64,000 nucleotides of DNA from Moniliella sp. 'wahieum' (lineage: Eukaryota): assembly GCA_003971905.1 (NCBI GenBank), contig RSEE01000095.1, positions 1-64,000 on the forward strand, written 5' to 3'. Both the position numbers and the translations under genes were made by a program. The notes under the pieces were generated by a model. It did not search any database. It was not told where the DNA came from and was given only the letters and a program-made list of their open reading frames with translations. How positions within the stretch are numbered: position 1 is the stretch's first letter; every line of letters starts with the position of its first letter. This document shows positions 37,368 through 50,879 of the stretch, in pieces.

Positions 37368-39107
37368 AGCTTTCTCACTTTTTGACCATCCACTCCGTTC
37401 AACGTTCAACGTTCAACAGCGATGTTGTAGCATTGATCTGCCATTCCTTTTATCCTCTTCCTGTTTTTTGTTTTTTTATCTCCTCCCAAGCACTCTAATA
37501 TGACTGAGCTGGTTCACCAACCCTCTATCCTCTCCTCTTGCTCTTCTCCCGAGCATAGATTCCCCGAAAGCATGTTGAGCTTCCTTTTTCCCTGTGCCTC
37601 CTACCTATGATTGCACCCCCCCCCCCACCCCCATCCCCGCCCTTTTCTTTCTAGCAGCCACCTCGACACATCCCCATGCTTATCCTACTATGACCCGCGT
37701 TCGTGGCGCGTGCTGGAAGGAGCATGAACCTGTGACGTGCGAGACGTGTAATCTGTTGAAACCGTTTTGAGCCGGATCTCTTGTGTGCTGCTCTGCTTGT
37801 ATTGTAGAACAGCTGGAATCACCTCCGTCGACAAGTCAGCCAGGCTCCGTCGGAAGTACTCCACGAACAGCCAACATTCATATGAACACTTGCAAGGGAT
37901 GGGCGCGGTTGCACTGTCTGCACACGTCTGGAACGTCATTAATCATTCCTCTTCTCCAAGTTCCAAATAATGGTGGGGTCAGTGTGATGGATGAGGCCGA
38001 TGAGGCCTGAGAAAGCCTAAGAGCCGGGTCGTCCAGCCTCTTAGTACAATTGGTTATCCTGTACCCACTGATTGTGTGGGTCAGACACCCCATTAGTATC
38101 GTCGATGCGGTTCATCGATGGTCGCGGTTCTGACTGCTCAAGAGGTCCTCCAGTCGCAATGGGCTACGTCGTGAGAGCTACCCGCATCTCGGCGTTCATG
38201 TGCCGGATTCACTCACTGGTCCTAGTGCGGTGTACAACTCACACTGACCGACCGGTCTTCACAGGGTCATCGGCGGGGTACTTGATAGAGTAAGAGTTTG
38301 GAGCACTCGATCGGAATTCTATTCTGGATCAGCGCTCAGCTGAAAAGCAGCCGTCAGACAGAGTGTGAAGGCAAAGTAACGCATCGGGCATGGCGGCAAG
38401 TCTTCCAACAACGTCTGAAGGGATTGAAGGAGACAGGAAACAGGAGACAGGAGACAGAGAGAAGGGAGCGAGCAGGCCCGGATGCGCAGCTTGCAACCGG
38501 AACTCTTCCGCCCGATAAGCGAGGTGGCCGTCACTGATCATCAACTTGAGGGCCGTGCGGGGGAACCCTAGCACTACCCTCCCGCAGTTGGTACTTCAGA
38601 TGGCTCTGCTTGGATCAATTGGATGGATCCGCATTGCTTGGGCGCTGGGACGAGCGAAACCTAGAAGGGCCACAGCGTGGGCGTTCAAGCGCGGACGGGG
38701 TATTGACAAGTCAGCCGTTGCCACGACGTCGAGCCAGATCGATGGTAGATGAGGGATGAAGTTGGAGATTCCTTTCCAACAGACGCTCTTTACCTCACCT
38801 ATGCCAGCCATGCATGTCAGCCCATGTCACCCCCCTTTGTGGCTCATGCTCTCACACAGCCATCTTATTGACCCTTGGTCCCATCGAGCTTGGAGGAAAT
38901 GCATCATAGACTGCCCCCGTACCTCCTGGGGATGTGCCAACCCTAGTGCACCAGGGGAGGACAGGGGCAGTGTCCCCTCATCGGCCGCCACCAGATCTTA
39001 TCTGAATCTGACTGATCAATCTGACGAGCTGCCTCTTAAATACCCCAACCCCTTGCGCTGCGCTCTCCATCTCCACCACCTCCCCCTCCACCCTTGCCAC
39101 CACCACC

Positions 39108-40790
39108 ATGCGTCTTTTCACTGCGGTAACCCTAGCCTTCGCAGCTGTAGTGGGTGCGCGACCGACACCACCCAGCTTTGTACCCGGAGAACAGTGCAGG
39201 ATGCTTCGGTCATCCCAGCCACGCTCAAGAGCGCCACAACCACTTGGGCGAAGTCGAGGGCAAGTACATGGTCAAGCTCAAGCGTGGGGTATCCTCTAGT
39301 GTGTTCTTGGCTCATCAGCAGCTTATTGCCTCGGCCCAAAGCGAAGCAAATGCGTACTACGGATTCTCATCTGCTGAGCGGGAGACGCACGGCATCCGGC
39401 ACGTGTATGACCTCGATACCCATCTTCAAGGCTATGCTGGCGGTTCACCGACGATGTGCTGGCTTTATCCGGGCCCAGCCAGAGGTAGAGTACGTGGAGC
39501 GCGACTCGATTGTCAAAACCATGGAGATCCCTCCGGAAGAAACAGATGCGTCTGCCCAGCATTTACTCTCCCGCCTCCCCTATCGTCTCTGGCAAGCATG
39601 TCACCCAGAGGGGCGCCCCTTGGGGCTGGCACGTATTTCTCATCGCGGAAGAACTAGGGCTTTGGCAACTTTAACAAATATGTCTATGACCCTACCGCGG
39701 GGGCCGGCGTAACTGCTTACATTATCGAGTACGTTTTCCCTCCATCCGCAGGAAATGCCTTGCCGCAGAGCTACTTGACCTCTAACCCACCCACGACAGT
39801 ACTGGCATCTACATTCACCACGCTGATTTCGGAGGTCGTGCGCGCTGGGGTAAGACGATCCCTTCAGGTGATGTTGACGAAGATGGCAATGGACATGGCA
39901 CCCATTGCGCTGGCACCATTGGCGGCACAACCTATGGTGTCTCGAAAAATGCGGACTTGGTCGCGGTCAAGGTGCTAAGCAGCTCGGGTTCGGGCACCAT
40001 GTCGGACGTGACAGCGGGGTACTGTGGGCCGTGAATGATGCCAAGGAAATTTCAGCCAAACTTGCCTCGTCCGACCCAGCAACGCGCAAGAAGCACAAGG
40101 GATTTGTGGCCAACATGTCCTGGGTGGTGGTAAGTCGCCTACCCTGGATGCTGCCGTGAACGGTGCCGTCTCTTCCGGTCTTCACTTTGCTGTGGCAGCC
40201 GGGAACGAGAACTCGAATGCATGCAACGTGTCCCCGGCAGGCGCCAAGTTGCCTGTGACGGTGGGTGCGTCGGACGTGGGCGACAAGCGGGCCTATTTCT
40301 CCAACAAGGGCGAATGTGTTGACATTTTCGCTCCGGGGCTCAACATCAAGTCCACCTGGAACACCGGTAAGGAGGCGACCGCTATTTGTCGGGTACATCC
40401 ATGGCCACCCCGCACACCGTGGGCTTGCTAGCGTACCTTCTTAGCATTTACGGTACCGACGACTTTGCCACGATCGAGGGCGCGATTCCTATGCCCTCTG
40501 TTGAAGAGGTGGCACTTCAGTATGCTCAGAAGGACTTAGCCAATGCCCTTCGTACGCATGTCAAGTCTCTATTCCAAGCGAATAGCCTACTGCCCGCTTC
40601 CGTTCTCGAATGGATGGTTGGTATTCTTGCTTCGGGGCCCGTGCCCTCGCCCCAGGCATCCGTTGTCTCGGTGCTTCACCCTACGGATCTCAAGAAGGCG
40701 CTCGTATCGTTTGCTACCAAGGGCACTCTTACTGATGTCCAGGGGAGTCCCAATGTGCTGGCGTTCAACAATGCTACCACGCTAGCGTAA
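39108..40790 (+). CDS. subtilisin-like serine protease (S8A, proteinase B/cerevisin-like) with signal peptide and I9 propeptide; indels
   Basis: Signal [17 protein letters not shown] and [12 protein letters not shown]. The catalytic IDTG is split by intron 39729-39799. [22 protein letters not shown] and SGTSMATPH complete the catalytic motifs. Confidence 0.95.
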
Positions 40791-40871
40791 TGTCGAGAGG
40801 ATATTTCTTCTCATGGACACAATGCGAACATCGATCCCTTCTTTATTCTCTTCTTTCCAGCACAAGCTGTT

Positions 40872-42180
40872 TCAATCTGTATCAATGCCGTACGCGCCGT
40901 CGGCGAGATATATGATAGCGCATAACAAAGGGCGTGCAAATAGGATTGATGTAGGGCAGAGGCCAACGAAAAAACAGCCAGTAAAAAGCAGGTTGCCCGC
41001 CCTGAATAGCATCCAATATCCGTCAGTTGTGGGTTGAAGCGGGGTTAGAGGTACTAGGTAATCGGTAATCTGAGAGACCACTGTCTGCAGTATTTCCCAT
41101 ACTGCCATCACAGCGTTTTGGTGAAAATACTCTGGAGAGACTGGAATGAGGATGGGAGAAGGCGGGCGTAATAGGTGGGTCCGTTGGATGAGAGCCAAAG
41201 CAATACCCCCCATTGATGACACGAGAGCAAGACGGACGGTCTCCACCGGGCCAGCACTTTGACCGGAGCCAATGGACGCACACGTTTATCTATCCCGGCG
41301 GGAAAGGAGCTGGATAATCTTTCCGTCAAGGAAGTGACTTCGTCCCGTTTCTGGGTATGGTACTGCCCCACCCTTTTGATTATAGTCGCATCCCGGCTTG
41401 GCGGGAAACGTGGGGTACTTTGGCTCTTGGTCAGGAGCGGGGTGACGGCAGGGAGAGGCTTCCCAGCTGATGAGAGCGCAAAAGGGGTGCTGGCGGGTGT
41501 TCGCCATGGCAGCCTTCACAACCGCTCTTGCGGACGCTGAGTGAGCTGCCTCACTTCTAACCCTCTGGCCATTCGTCAGCCACAATAGCCTTGGCTCGTG
41601 CCGCAACAGTTGACCCCCCTTTCTCCCAGCCGGATACAAAATCGAACTACTTGTGGCTATAGTTCCAATCCATTATGGCTTTGGGGTCTTTGAGGATCTT
41701 CCAGGCTGCTGCTCGCGTGGCCCTGCAATCACCTCGGCATCCGCCTGTGTTGTTCTAGCTCACATCCGACCGCGTATCGAGATCGTGCCTGCCTGCTGTG
41801 TGAACAAGTCCTCAAGTCTGCGAAAGAAGCATACAATACGGAATGCTATAAATGTTTGATTGTGGCCTGGCACCCAGTGACGAGGTTCATCTCTTCTTCC
41901 TTCTGCGCATGCCGCGCAGCTGGTTGAAAATGGCAAGGGTCCCGAGTATCCTACCCTTTGTCTGTTGTGTTGCACCCGCTTCACGGCTTGGCGTTTGCGG
42001 ATAGAAGCCCCAGGGGAATCGTACTTTCCTTTCTGCGTCCAGTAGCTGCTTCCCTCCCACCCGCAACTGTCGATCACATCCTGGAGAGCTAACCCCACTG
42101 GGCCTGTGGCTCCTAGCCAACACATACTGACTGAGCCCAAGTTTTGCTGGCACGTCACCCTACAAGCTGGAACGCAAGGC
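40872..42180 (-). CDS. possible hypothetical protein with hydrophobic C-terminus (fragmented ORFs)
   Basis: A chain of overlapping minus-strand ORFs ends in ...GNLLFTGCFFVGLCPTSILFARPLLCAIIYLA...; no family recognised. Confidence 0.25.
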
Positions 42181-42503
42181 ATCGAGTTGGGCTGTCACTG
42201 AAGGTAGTCCAAGCAATGAGCTCGTCATGCCTACAGAAAAGTAGTAGTAGCCCCACTGAGTTAACCCCTTTCCCCTTGCCTGGATATCACAGTTGGATCG
42301 GTTGCCACTGGCATCACGGCATCGGGAAGGAAGGGTGGTCCTAGGCGCAGCAACGCGGGTCAGTCGGAGCACTAGCGAGCTGAGTCTGCTATCTATTTCG
42401 CCCTTTCAAAGGCGCGAGCGCAGATAATGAAGAGTCATGGTACAATGGCACAGAGCTCCTTGGGTCGAGTACACGCTCTCCCTCGTCCCGATCGAAGAGC
42501 AAA

Positions 42504-42843
42504 TTACTGCTTCTTACTGTAGTACTTGCGCAAGTGGAAGTTGATCGTCGGCTTGGGCGCAGCCCCAGGACCATTCTATCAAGAAGTATCAGTATCAGAT
42601 CGACCCAGCGCCGAGCGCCTGGCGCCTAGCGCCAAGAGGGAGGACAGAAAGGGAGGTGGGACGTACCTTGGCCTTCATGCAGCGTCCCAGCGCGGAGGCC
42701 GTCTCGGCGCATGCGCCAATGTTGATCAGGTCGCCCCTCGACGACCAGCAGGCAAGCATGGCGGCAAACTCGGGTGCGCAGGGAGTCTTCCCAGGCATAC
42801 GCTTGGAGCGCACATACACCTTGTCCAAGCTGAACCCAGCCAT
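42504..42843 (-). CDS. MRP10: mitochondrial small-subunit ribosomal protein mS37 (CHCH domain), exons 42843-42667 and 42575-42504
   Basis: MAGFSLDKVYVRSKRMPGKTPCAPEFAAMLACW...CAETASALGRCMKAK, a GTACGT...TAG intron, then NGPGAAPKPTINFHLRKYYSKKQ*. It has twin CX9C and the mS37 tail INxHL. Confidence 0.9.
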
Positions 42844-43425
42844 GGTCAAGAGCCCGAAGTGTGGATTGGTAGGGGGATCAAAGTGTGGACGCCGTGTTAG
42901 ATTCGGGACGTCCATTTCTTCCCAGCCGGCTGCAGCGGGCGGAATTTACCAGGGGAGGAGATAGGGGCGGAGTCGGCGATTTAACATTTCAATGTGAACA
43001 CCACAATCCCTGCTAGCGTTTTACACCATCCGCTATTTGTTGGCAGTCGCGCCAACTTCGTTCGGGTCAGGACCGTCTCGGCTTCCACGTTGCGACGGGG
43101 TTGTGATGCTGTCATGCAAAGCCTCGGTAGAAGACATGTTGCCTCGCTGATACGCATACGGCACCCAGGTGCGTTACATGTCCATACCGTAGAAGGCTGT
43201 CTGCTACAATCAATCACCGCAGACACATGGGACCAATGCTATCATACCAGTGTGTTGGGTGCAGACAGTCAAGAGCGAAGGGGACAGAGATGTGGGTAGA
43301 TAGAGGGCAAACTAAAGCCATGAATAAAGAGAAGCAGCACAAACGATTAGCAAGGCCGGCGTGAGTTCGCCCAGTACTTACTGGACTGGCAGGTACCTAG
43401 GTATCTTGACTTCCAAAGGCATCGG

Positions 43426-45342
43426 TCATCTCAACCTCGCCCCGGGTCAAAGCCGCCTGAACGACATGCACGCTTATCCACTCGCTGACGCCTGCGCCTG
43501 GGCCAACTCCCGCGTATACCCTTGCCAGCGAACGCGCCTTCGTCGCATATGCCACTGTGCCCATCTCGTCAAACGAGAGAGAACACGCGCAAATGCAAAT
43601 AGTTCTTCCTCCCCGGCAAAGATGGGTTTCCCGGCACCCGCCAGTGCGTCACTCGATAATCCCTGCCAGTGGGTCAGTACTGTAATTCATATTCTCCAGT
43701 GGGAAGAGGGGCAGCAAGATGGAGAGAAATACGTACTTGGTCGTGAAGCATACGTTGCACAGTGGGGTCGTACGAATCGTCCGCCTCACCCTGTTTGCTG
43801 GGATCAAGGAATAGGTGCAACACTGGTCCTTCAGTCAGCAGGATGAGCTGCGTGTGAGCCTCATAAATGGCATCGATGAAGGTGATAAAGCGACGGGCCA
43901 CGTCGCGCTGGTCAATGCCCATTCGGGGCACCCCCTCAACGAAAACCACCTTGTACGCCCGACAGACTGCAATGTAATCCGCCGCACTCGTCGGGCTACC
44001 ACACAGACTCGCAAAGTCAAACTTGGCCACTGTCGTAGGAGTAATGAGGTCGTCTGGATCCGCTGGATCATGAGTAAGGGGAGAAGACTGTGAGGAGTTG
44101 GTGGGTTTGATAGAGTAGGGTACGGTCAAGGTACGTCCCCAAACCTCGACTTGTTCCCCCTGCCGTTCGGCGGGGGGGCCGCCGGCCACGTTCATGTAGC
44201 GTTCCCAGAGTGAGTTGAACGCCGCCGTGTCCTCGGGTTGATGGGCGTCGAAGTAGACCCTCGTTTGAGCACGTTTGCGCCGACGGTAGTCAGTGCCAGA
44301 GTCGAGGTCGACGACATCGAGTGTACGCTCCAACAGCTTGATGGCCGGAATGAAGGACTCGCGCTGGATTCCGTTGCGGTAGAGCTCGGTTGGATGCCGG
44401 TTCGAGGTCAGTACAATCACTACCCCATACTCCACAATGAGCTTGGTAAGCAAGGTGCGGAGAATCATCGCATCTGCAATGTCAGTGACCTGGAACTCGT
44501 CAAAGCACAGTACCTCGGCCCTGTTTGCAATCTCTGGCCACCAGGTCAGTTACATCTACTTGCAGATGAAGCTGTCCCTCTGAGTCAGCGGACACCTGTG
44601 CATCCCCAGCAGAGGCAGAAGACAGGTTGGACGCTTGGGCATTCGTCGCAGAGCCAAAGAGCTTCTTGTAGAAATGGGTGCGCTTGTGTACATCAATCAT
44701 AAACTGGTGAAAGTGGATCCGCTCCTTGCGTTGCACACGCGAAGGAGCGTGTCGTAAAACAAGTCCATAAGCATACTCTTGCCGGTGCCCACGTCGCCGT
44801 AGAGTACATTCCACGTGGGGTGCCAGCGGGAGGCATGGCGGTCAGCTCCATAGGAGCAGCGGAAGAAGTGGAACGGGCACCAAAGCCCACTGCCGAGAAG
44901 AGTTTGCCAAACAAGCCACCTGCGCTCGACCCCTTGGATCCATCTGACATAGGATGATCCTCAAGCCACTTCTTGGCTGCTTCGACCGTTGCGGGTGGGG
45001 CCTCCGGAGGGTTTTGCGCATGAGACGAGATCGCATCATTCAACGACTGGAATTTGGCCGCAATCTGCCGTTGAAAAGGATCGTCGGACAACGTGCCCTG
45101 CAGGACAAGTCGGTTGTAACGTGCAACGGGGCCTTGAGCAGTGTTCCCAGAAACAGACGCAGGGGACGCAGCTGTCGACAGGCCCTTGATGTCGACCGGC
45201 ACGGCCTGGGCCGAGGAGATGGCAGCAGGCTCCCACGCACTAGGTGTGGTGAGCATCCCCCTGGCCCCGGCCCAGAGGGGCGGCAGGCGTGCAGGCGCTG
45301 CAGTCTGGGCACCCGTGCTGGCACGCGCAGAGGCACACGCAT
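43426..45342 (-). CDS. AFG1: AFG1/LACE1/ZapE-family mitochondrial ATPase; indels; end approximate
   Basis: Walker [31 protein letters not shown], Walker [39 protein letters not shown] and [12 protein letters not shown]. Intron 43736-43663 precedes [12 protein letters not shown]. Confidence 0.93.
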
Positions 45343-46032
45343 GAGGGAAGAGGGAGGCGGTGGTGGAGAGGCGTGGAGAGCAGGCGCGAAAGGCGATGGG
45401 ATCGGTCTGTCGGCTGGTCTCTGCTATAGTAGCCTAAGTTGGGCCAAGGCCTCCTAACCGGCTTTGTCCGATGCTCGCCAGCGGGCAGCCTGTGCTTTCA
45501 AAGTAGCTCACCTAGCACTAACAGCGGCCGCCCGGCGGGAACAAGTGGCTGGGTGGGAACAGCAGGAACACCTCCCACGGCGTCACTGTCCCGTCGGCGG
45601 GCGTTCGGGGTTAGGCAAATGCATTTGAAATTTGATTGCCAAGCGCCTGTTCCTCTGTCCTGCGCGTCATCGACCATCACATCCGCAAACTTCCACAGCC
45701 GCGGCGCTAAGCCCCATCCAGGCCCAAGACCAGGCCCAGTAAGACATGGACTGAGCATTGGGCACGTCGAACACAAGCATGGTCAACGTCGTAGCCGACG
45801 GCGGGATGGTCTGGATGGCCAAAGGGGACTCCCGAGAGTTTGATGCGCTTGGATCGATCTTCATTTTTACCTCCTGCACCTCAACAATGCGGAAAAATTC
45901 TGCGCCCTTCAGATCAAGTCAAACGTCTAACCCCCCCACAACATCATTAGGATGGTTCCTCATCATCATCTCAACACCTCCACCCCATGTAGCCGGCTGT
46001 GATGGTATCCACACAGTAGTCCTCTCACTGCA

Positions 46033-46567
46033 TCAAAGCTGCAGGTGCTTTTCGTAAAAGCGATCAGGATAGGGATCAGCGTTGAAACGAGGGATTTCGT
46101 GCCATCCGCCCAGGCGCTCATAGAATGCAATCGCCTCTGGCAGTGCCGTGTTGGTGTCCAATCGCAAGGTGGTAATACCAATCGCGCGAGCCTGTCCTCA
46201 AACCGCCTCCATCAATGCCACGTCCCAATCCAGCTTGCGCGCCGATGGTGATACCCACAGTCGCTTGACCTCCGCCACCGGTCCGCCCGAGCCTTTGAGC
46301 GCAACACAACCCAGTGGACCGGGTCCTGTGCCCGTCCAGCGCGGATGGCTAGGCAACTCGGAATCTCCAGTGGGGGAGCGCAAGGAAAAACGCGCCCTTG
46401 GGATCGACCAACGCCTCAACGTCGGGATCGGCACTGAGGTTCACATCAAATCCACCCTGGTCTTGAAATCGAGCGTTCAACTCGCCATAGTACTGCTCCA
46501 ACGCCCAAATCGAGGAAGAACGGGGGTGGAACACCTCAAGAGTGAAAGGGTTGGGATTGTGCGCCAT
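46033..46567 (-). CDS. GNAT N-acetyltransferase of bacterial type; intronless; indels
   Basis: Stitched translation: LEQYYGELNARF..GGFD...PKGAFFLA...GCVALKG..AEVKRLWVSPSARKLGLG...LDTNTALPEAIAFYERLGGWHEIPRFNADPYPDRFYEKHLQL*. Confidence 0.85.
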
Positions 46568-47661
46568 ACTCGTAAAGTGGTAAGAGCGGTTGAGCTGAAC
46601 GATGAATCTGGCGGCTACGAGATCTGTGTTGACGCCGTTTTGAGGTGACCTAATAGTACGGAGGACGCTTAATTAATAATTGATGTCTTCCATCCAGATG
46701 TCACACGTCCAGGGAGCAGCGATAAGAAGATGCCCATCTCTCCAAAAAGTGTGTGTTGCTAGCAATGCCTTCTGTGGCCTTCTGAGGCCAGGCAAAGCCA
46801 CTTTGGAAGCCTAAGAACTTGAAGCAGGACTAGGTACACAGGATACGGGGCGTACTCCAAGCTAGTTCTTCGTCAAAGGGGAGAAAGCTTGGAGGGATCG
46901 AGTCATATGCTGATTAGGGTTTGATCCAGAAGGTAATGGAAGAACGGTCTCCGCGCGTCACCCGTCAAGTATCATGCATGCATCGAGGCATCAGCTTCAA
47001 GCTTCAATAAAGTGATCCGTGGCTTCGAATTAAGTCCGCTTGGTTCGGTCGTATCGAGTATCCCAGCAGAAGAGTAGCAGAAGAGTAGCAGAGAAAAAGG
47101 AGTGCCATGGGTTACTGCGAACGCCAGATAGGTGAACCGGAAAACGAAGGCAACCGTTTCCCCTGTACCTGTGCCTGTACCTGTATCTGTCCTGTACCTG
47201 AAAGGGCCTTGCAGAGGAGGTCTCCATCACGTGTAAACTACCTGGGGAGCAAAACAGTCCTGCGGCATCTCCGATCTGATCGATCCATCGACCTGGGGAA
47301 CTATTGTCGTCAACTATCTTCAAAATGCCACAGACGCTATATACCAGGATGATAGAATCACAAGAGAATGAATGCGCAATGACTTTTGGGCCAAGACCGC
47401 CACCAGGCGGTCTGTAGTATACAAGGTATGCAAGGGCAGCGCGCAGCAATGCCGAGGGAATCAATCCACGCAGCAAAAATGGCCACAAAAGAGTTGGAAT
47501 ACCACAGGTGCGTAAGGGAAGCCAGCGCTTACGCTTAAACCTGGAAAAGAAAGGAATGTGATGGGAATCCGTCATAAAGGGTGACGATCAAGATGTCGAA
47601 GGATCAGAAGACGACGAAAATGTCAAAGACGACGAAGATGAAGATGAAGATGAAAAGCCGC

Positions 47662-48147
47662 TTAGAAGAAGGAGACGACGTGAACATCGGTCAAGAGCCA
47701 ACTTCAAGAAGGTCAAGGTTCTGGAACACGCCCTTGGTGGCATCCAAGTGGAGTGCATCGCAGCCCTCACAGGTGTCGCGAACCTGGGCGGGAATCATTT
47801 TGCCGTTGTAGTGACTGTTGAGGAAAGTTGAGTGGGTTAGTATGGAAATTTTCCAACGGGCGACGGAAAACGAAAGGGGGGGAAACATACAGATGAACCC
47901 ACTCGTTGCAGGAGAATGGAGAGTCGGCCGAGACGGCAACAGCGAGGTCCGAGTCGGTGGGGGCGGGACCACCACAAGCAGGGGCAGCGAGAGACTCGCC
48001 AGCGTACCAGGTCAGGGAGCCGTTAGTGAAGATGTTCTTGATGCCCAAGTCGGGAAGAACGACGGCGCTGCCAGCCTGGGGGATGGGGACAGCCGAAACA
48101 AGGGCGGCGGCAGCGGCCACAGTAGCAAGGACGGTAGAGAATTGCAT
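47662..48147 (-). CDS. secreted RlpA-like double-psi beta-barrel (expansin/barwin-like) protein
   Basis: Signal MQFSTVLATVAAAAALVSA, then TWY...PACG...VAVS...C, intron 47890-47815 (GTATGT, ACTAAC, CAG) and VRDTCEGCDALHLDATKGVF. It stops at 47691 as written, or at 47662 if one base is missing. Confidence 0.88.
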
Positions 48148-48250
48148 GACAAAGGAGAGTAAAGAGTGACGAAGAGCGCGAAGCCGTAAAGGAGAGTAAG
48201 GCGAAGAGAGCGGGTGAGGAAGAACGAAATGGACGGCGAGGCGGCCGAGG

Positions 48251-48260
48251 TTATATATAC
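48251..48260 (-). promoter_or_regulatory. TATA box of the RlpA-like gene
   Basis: GTATATATAA on the minus strand, about 105 nt upstream of the ATG. Confidence 0.55.
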
Positions 48261-50174
48261 ACTGGGTCCAAAATTGGGACTTTCCCAATGGAGAAGTTGC
48301 TCTTGTTTGGCATGTCGTTAGAAAAAACCGGGGGAGGTACGCGTACTCACTATGCTGAGTCCCATGTGCACACGATTATCATTCAACATTTTTCGGGGGG
48401 TGAACTACCGGTGAATAGGCCGGAGGAAAACACGCATCCCAAACCGTACATTCATCCTTCGCAGGGGGCATCCATGCTCAGCGGCTGAACGCCTGAGCGC
48501 GAGCGCTCAATTTCAACATTCACATATCACCGGCCAATCACCGTGATCACCGGTCAGAGTCAGCGGTCAGGGGTAAACGTTAAATTTTCAACCTGATCAA
48601 CTCGATCAACACGTTCCACCACACCGGCGCACAGAGTACAGTCTGAGTACTGACCAGTTACTGACGTACTGATAGTTCAGGCGGTTATAGGGAGTGGGCG
48701 TGCAAACCGATATGCAATGGTGGTGTGGGCAGCGCTGAGTATGAAGTGTAGAGTACACAGACTCAGTCCTCCTCGAAACTACTCCTCGAAACTCAGACTG
48801 AGTACTGAGTGCGCGTTGTGATTGTTGCTTTTGTGTTAGGGTTAAAGTCACCTCCGATAGCTGAGTACTAACTAAACTCGGCTGTGTACTGGAAGCTGGA
48901 CTGAGTTATTACCGAGTGGGGGTGTTCCATACAAAGTGGTGGCGATCCCCCTAAACTTGAACTGGATGATCTGATCGATCAGGAAGTGGTCGGTCGATGG
49001 TTGATGGCCATGCAAGCACCCTCGTTTGGCCTGGTCCGAGCTTCAAGACCACCACCAGGTACGCGCGCGAGCGGGGATAGAAGCTAGATCGAAGATCATC
49101 GATCATCGATGCAACTCCCACAATATCAACTAGTACAGGGTGATTGGGTGGCCAGTCGGCGGTCGGGTGCACCAGGCACGGGAGAGCACAGAGCAACTCT
49201 CCTCCCCAGCCGTGGTTGCCGATCTGGAGAAGATCGGCTGGTGTTTGTAGGCCACATGTCGATCACGTTGATCACACTGCCGGCGTGCTGAGTGATATCG
49301 ATGGTCGGTGCAACTCGTGAAGCGGACCGTGTGGGGAAGGAAGAAAAAGAGGGGGACTCGGAAAGTGTGATCTCAGTGTGAGATCTGGCATTCGGTAACT
49401 GAAATTCTGACAGACAAGTGATGCTCCTGCGGCACAGGCGACGGCATGTTGAATTGCGATCGATTTTTGCCCCCCCCCCGTTGCTGTGCACGGCAATAGC
49501 ATGTACATGGTGTCCATCATACGTTCAATGTTCATATGTTCATCGACAGTACTTCAGTTAGATCTTAGACCCCTGGTTTGGGCCATGCAACGCATATATC
49601 CTTCAAGCCAAAGAAAGGTAGGCAACCGGCAATGTTGCTTCCCGAGCTTCCCGGCAACCCGGCTTGGTTCCTGGTCACCGGTCACCGGTCAGCAGGAACA
49701 AGGATCATCGATCATCGATCATCGATTGCCATAGTTGTACTAGTTACGGAATACTACCGCCCGCGTGACGCGCCGCACGTGATCGCCGTTTTCCCGAACA
49801 TCTGGCCTGCTCGACCGATTTTGTTCAAACCCGCACGCAGTACATTCAGTACTAGTGTGGCAGTGGAAGGCGAGCAAGACAGGGGAAGAGGTGATGTGGA
49901 TGCAATCTGGGGGAAGGCAGCCGGAGGCGCAAGAGAAGGAAGGAGCGGAACAGAGGCGGAACGGCGCCGCTCGCACAACTAGCCACGAGAGCACATCTTG
50001 GCTTGTACCCGTACCCAATGCAAGTTTGGTGCGTTGCACAAGCCTGTGTAGGAGCCGATTCCCAGGACCATGCGCTCCATCCCGGACATCCTATCAAGGT
50101 GGAGATGTTGAGCTCAATAGCGTGTACGTGAAGACAGCGGGTCCTCTCATGTGCAGCTGACCTCCTCCACCACT

Positions 50175-50260
50175 GGGTACGTGGTGTAGTGGTATCATGC
50201 CTCTTTTGGGTTTGTTCTCAAATATAGAGGAGGTCCTCGGTTCAATCCCGGGCGTACCCC
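50175..50260 (+). tRNA. tRNA-Pro(UGG) with 14-nt intron 50211-50224
   Basis: Acceptor stem GGGTACG/CGTACCC, anticodon stem CCTCT/AGAGG with loop TT-TGG-G^T, T-loop GGTTCAATCC, and an oligo-T terminator at 50262-50268. Confidence 0.95.
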
Positions 50261-50879
50261 CTTTTTTTCAAAGTTTTGCCCTCTTGACTAGTCCATAACA
50301 TGGGCTCAATACATGAGTAGCAGACAGTTCCACAGTTACTATGGACGGGGCTGGGTCCAGCGAATCGCCCTCTTTCCGATCCCCCATTTGAGGCACTGTC
50401 AGTAAAACTTAATATGAAGGGAAAATAAGCACAGATGGATTGGATATGTCTTTGCCGGAATGGAGGTATGTGTACCTGGGAAGAGCAAGGCTGTGAGATC
50501 TGAGAGGTGAACACATGATCTCTCAGATCTCAACTGATATGAATCAGGCCATAACTAATCAAAGGCCTAGTATGCGACGGGCCAAGCCTCCCCTAACACA
50601 CGGCGTGAAGCGTCCGACGGGCAACTTCTCGTTATGTTGCCCATCCGGTTCTAGGTTTATAATGCCTCTGGTCTTCGGGGATGACAAACTCTCTGTCTTA
50701 TGACCACACGAAAGGTCAATGTGGGTGCGTCGCATTGTCTAAACGAACAATTGGAGCGGATGGCAGGGTGTTAGCCATGATGCTCCCAGGTAATCAAGTG
50801 TTGATGAGAAAACACAAAGAGTTTTCTTACGGTTGAAAAGCATGAGGAAGGAAGAAAACGTACGTACCGGAAGAAGAGA

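Noticed and set aside
45440..45960. Second GNAT-like gene (DVMVDD...RGTG) downstream of the GNAT
   Set aside because: Only a short motif-like resemblance, with no coherent reading frame.
35130..48147. Functional or biosynthetic gene cluster
   Set aside because: The neighbouring genes (tetraspanin, protease, mS37, AFG1, GNAT, RlpA) share no pathway, and no PKS, NRPS or terpene core gene is present.
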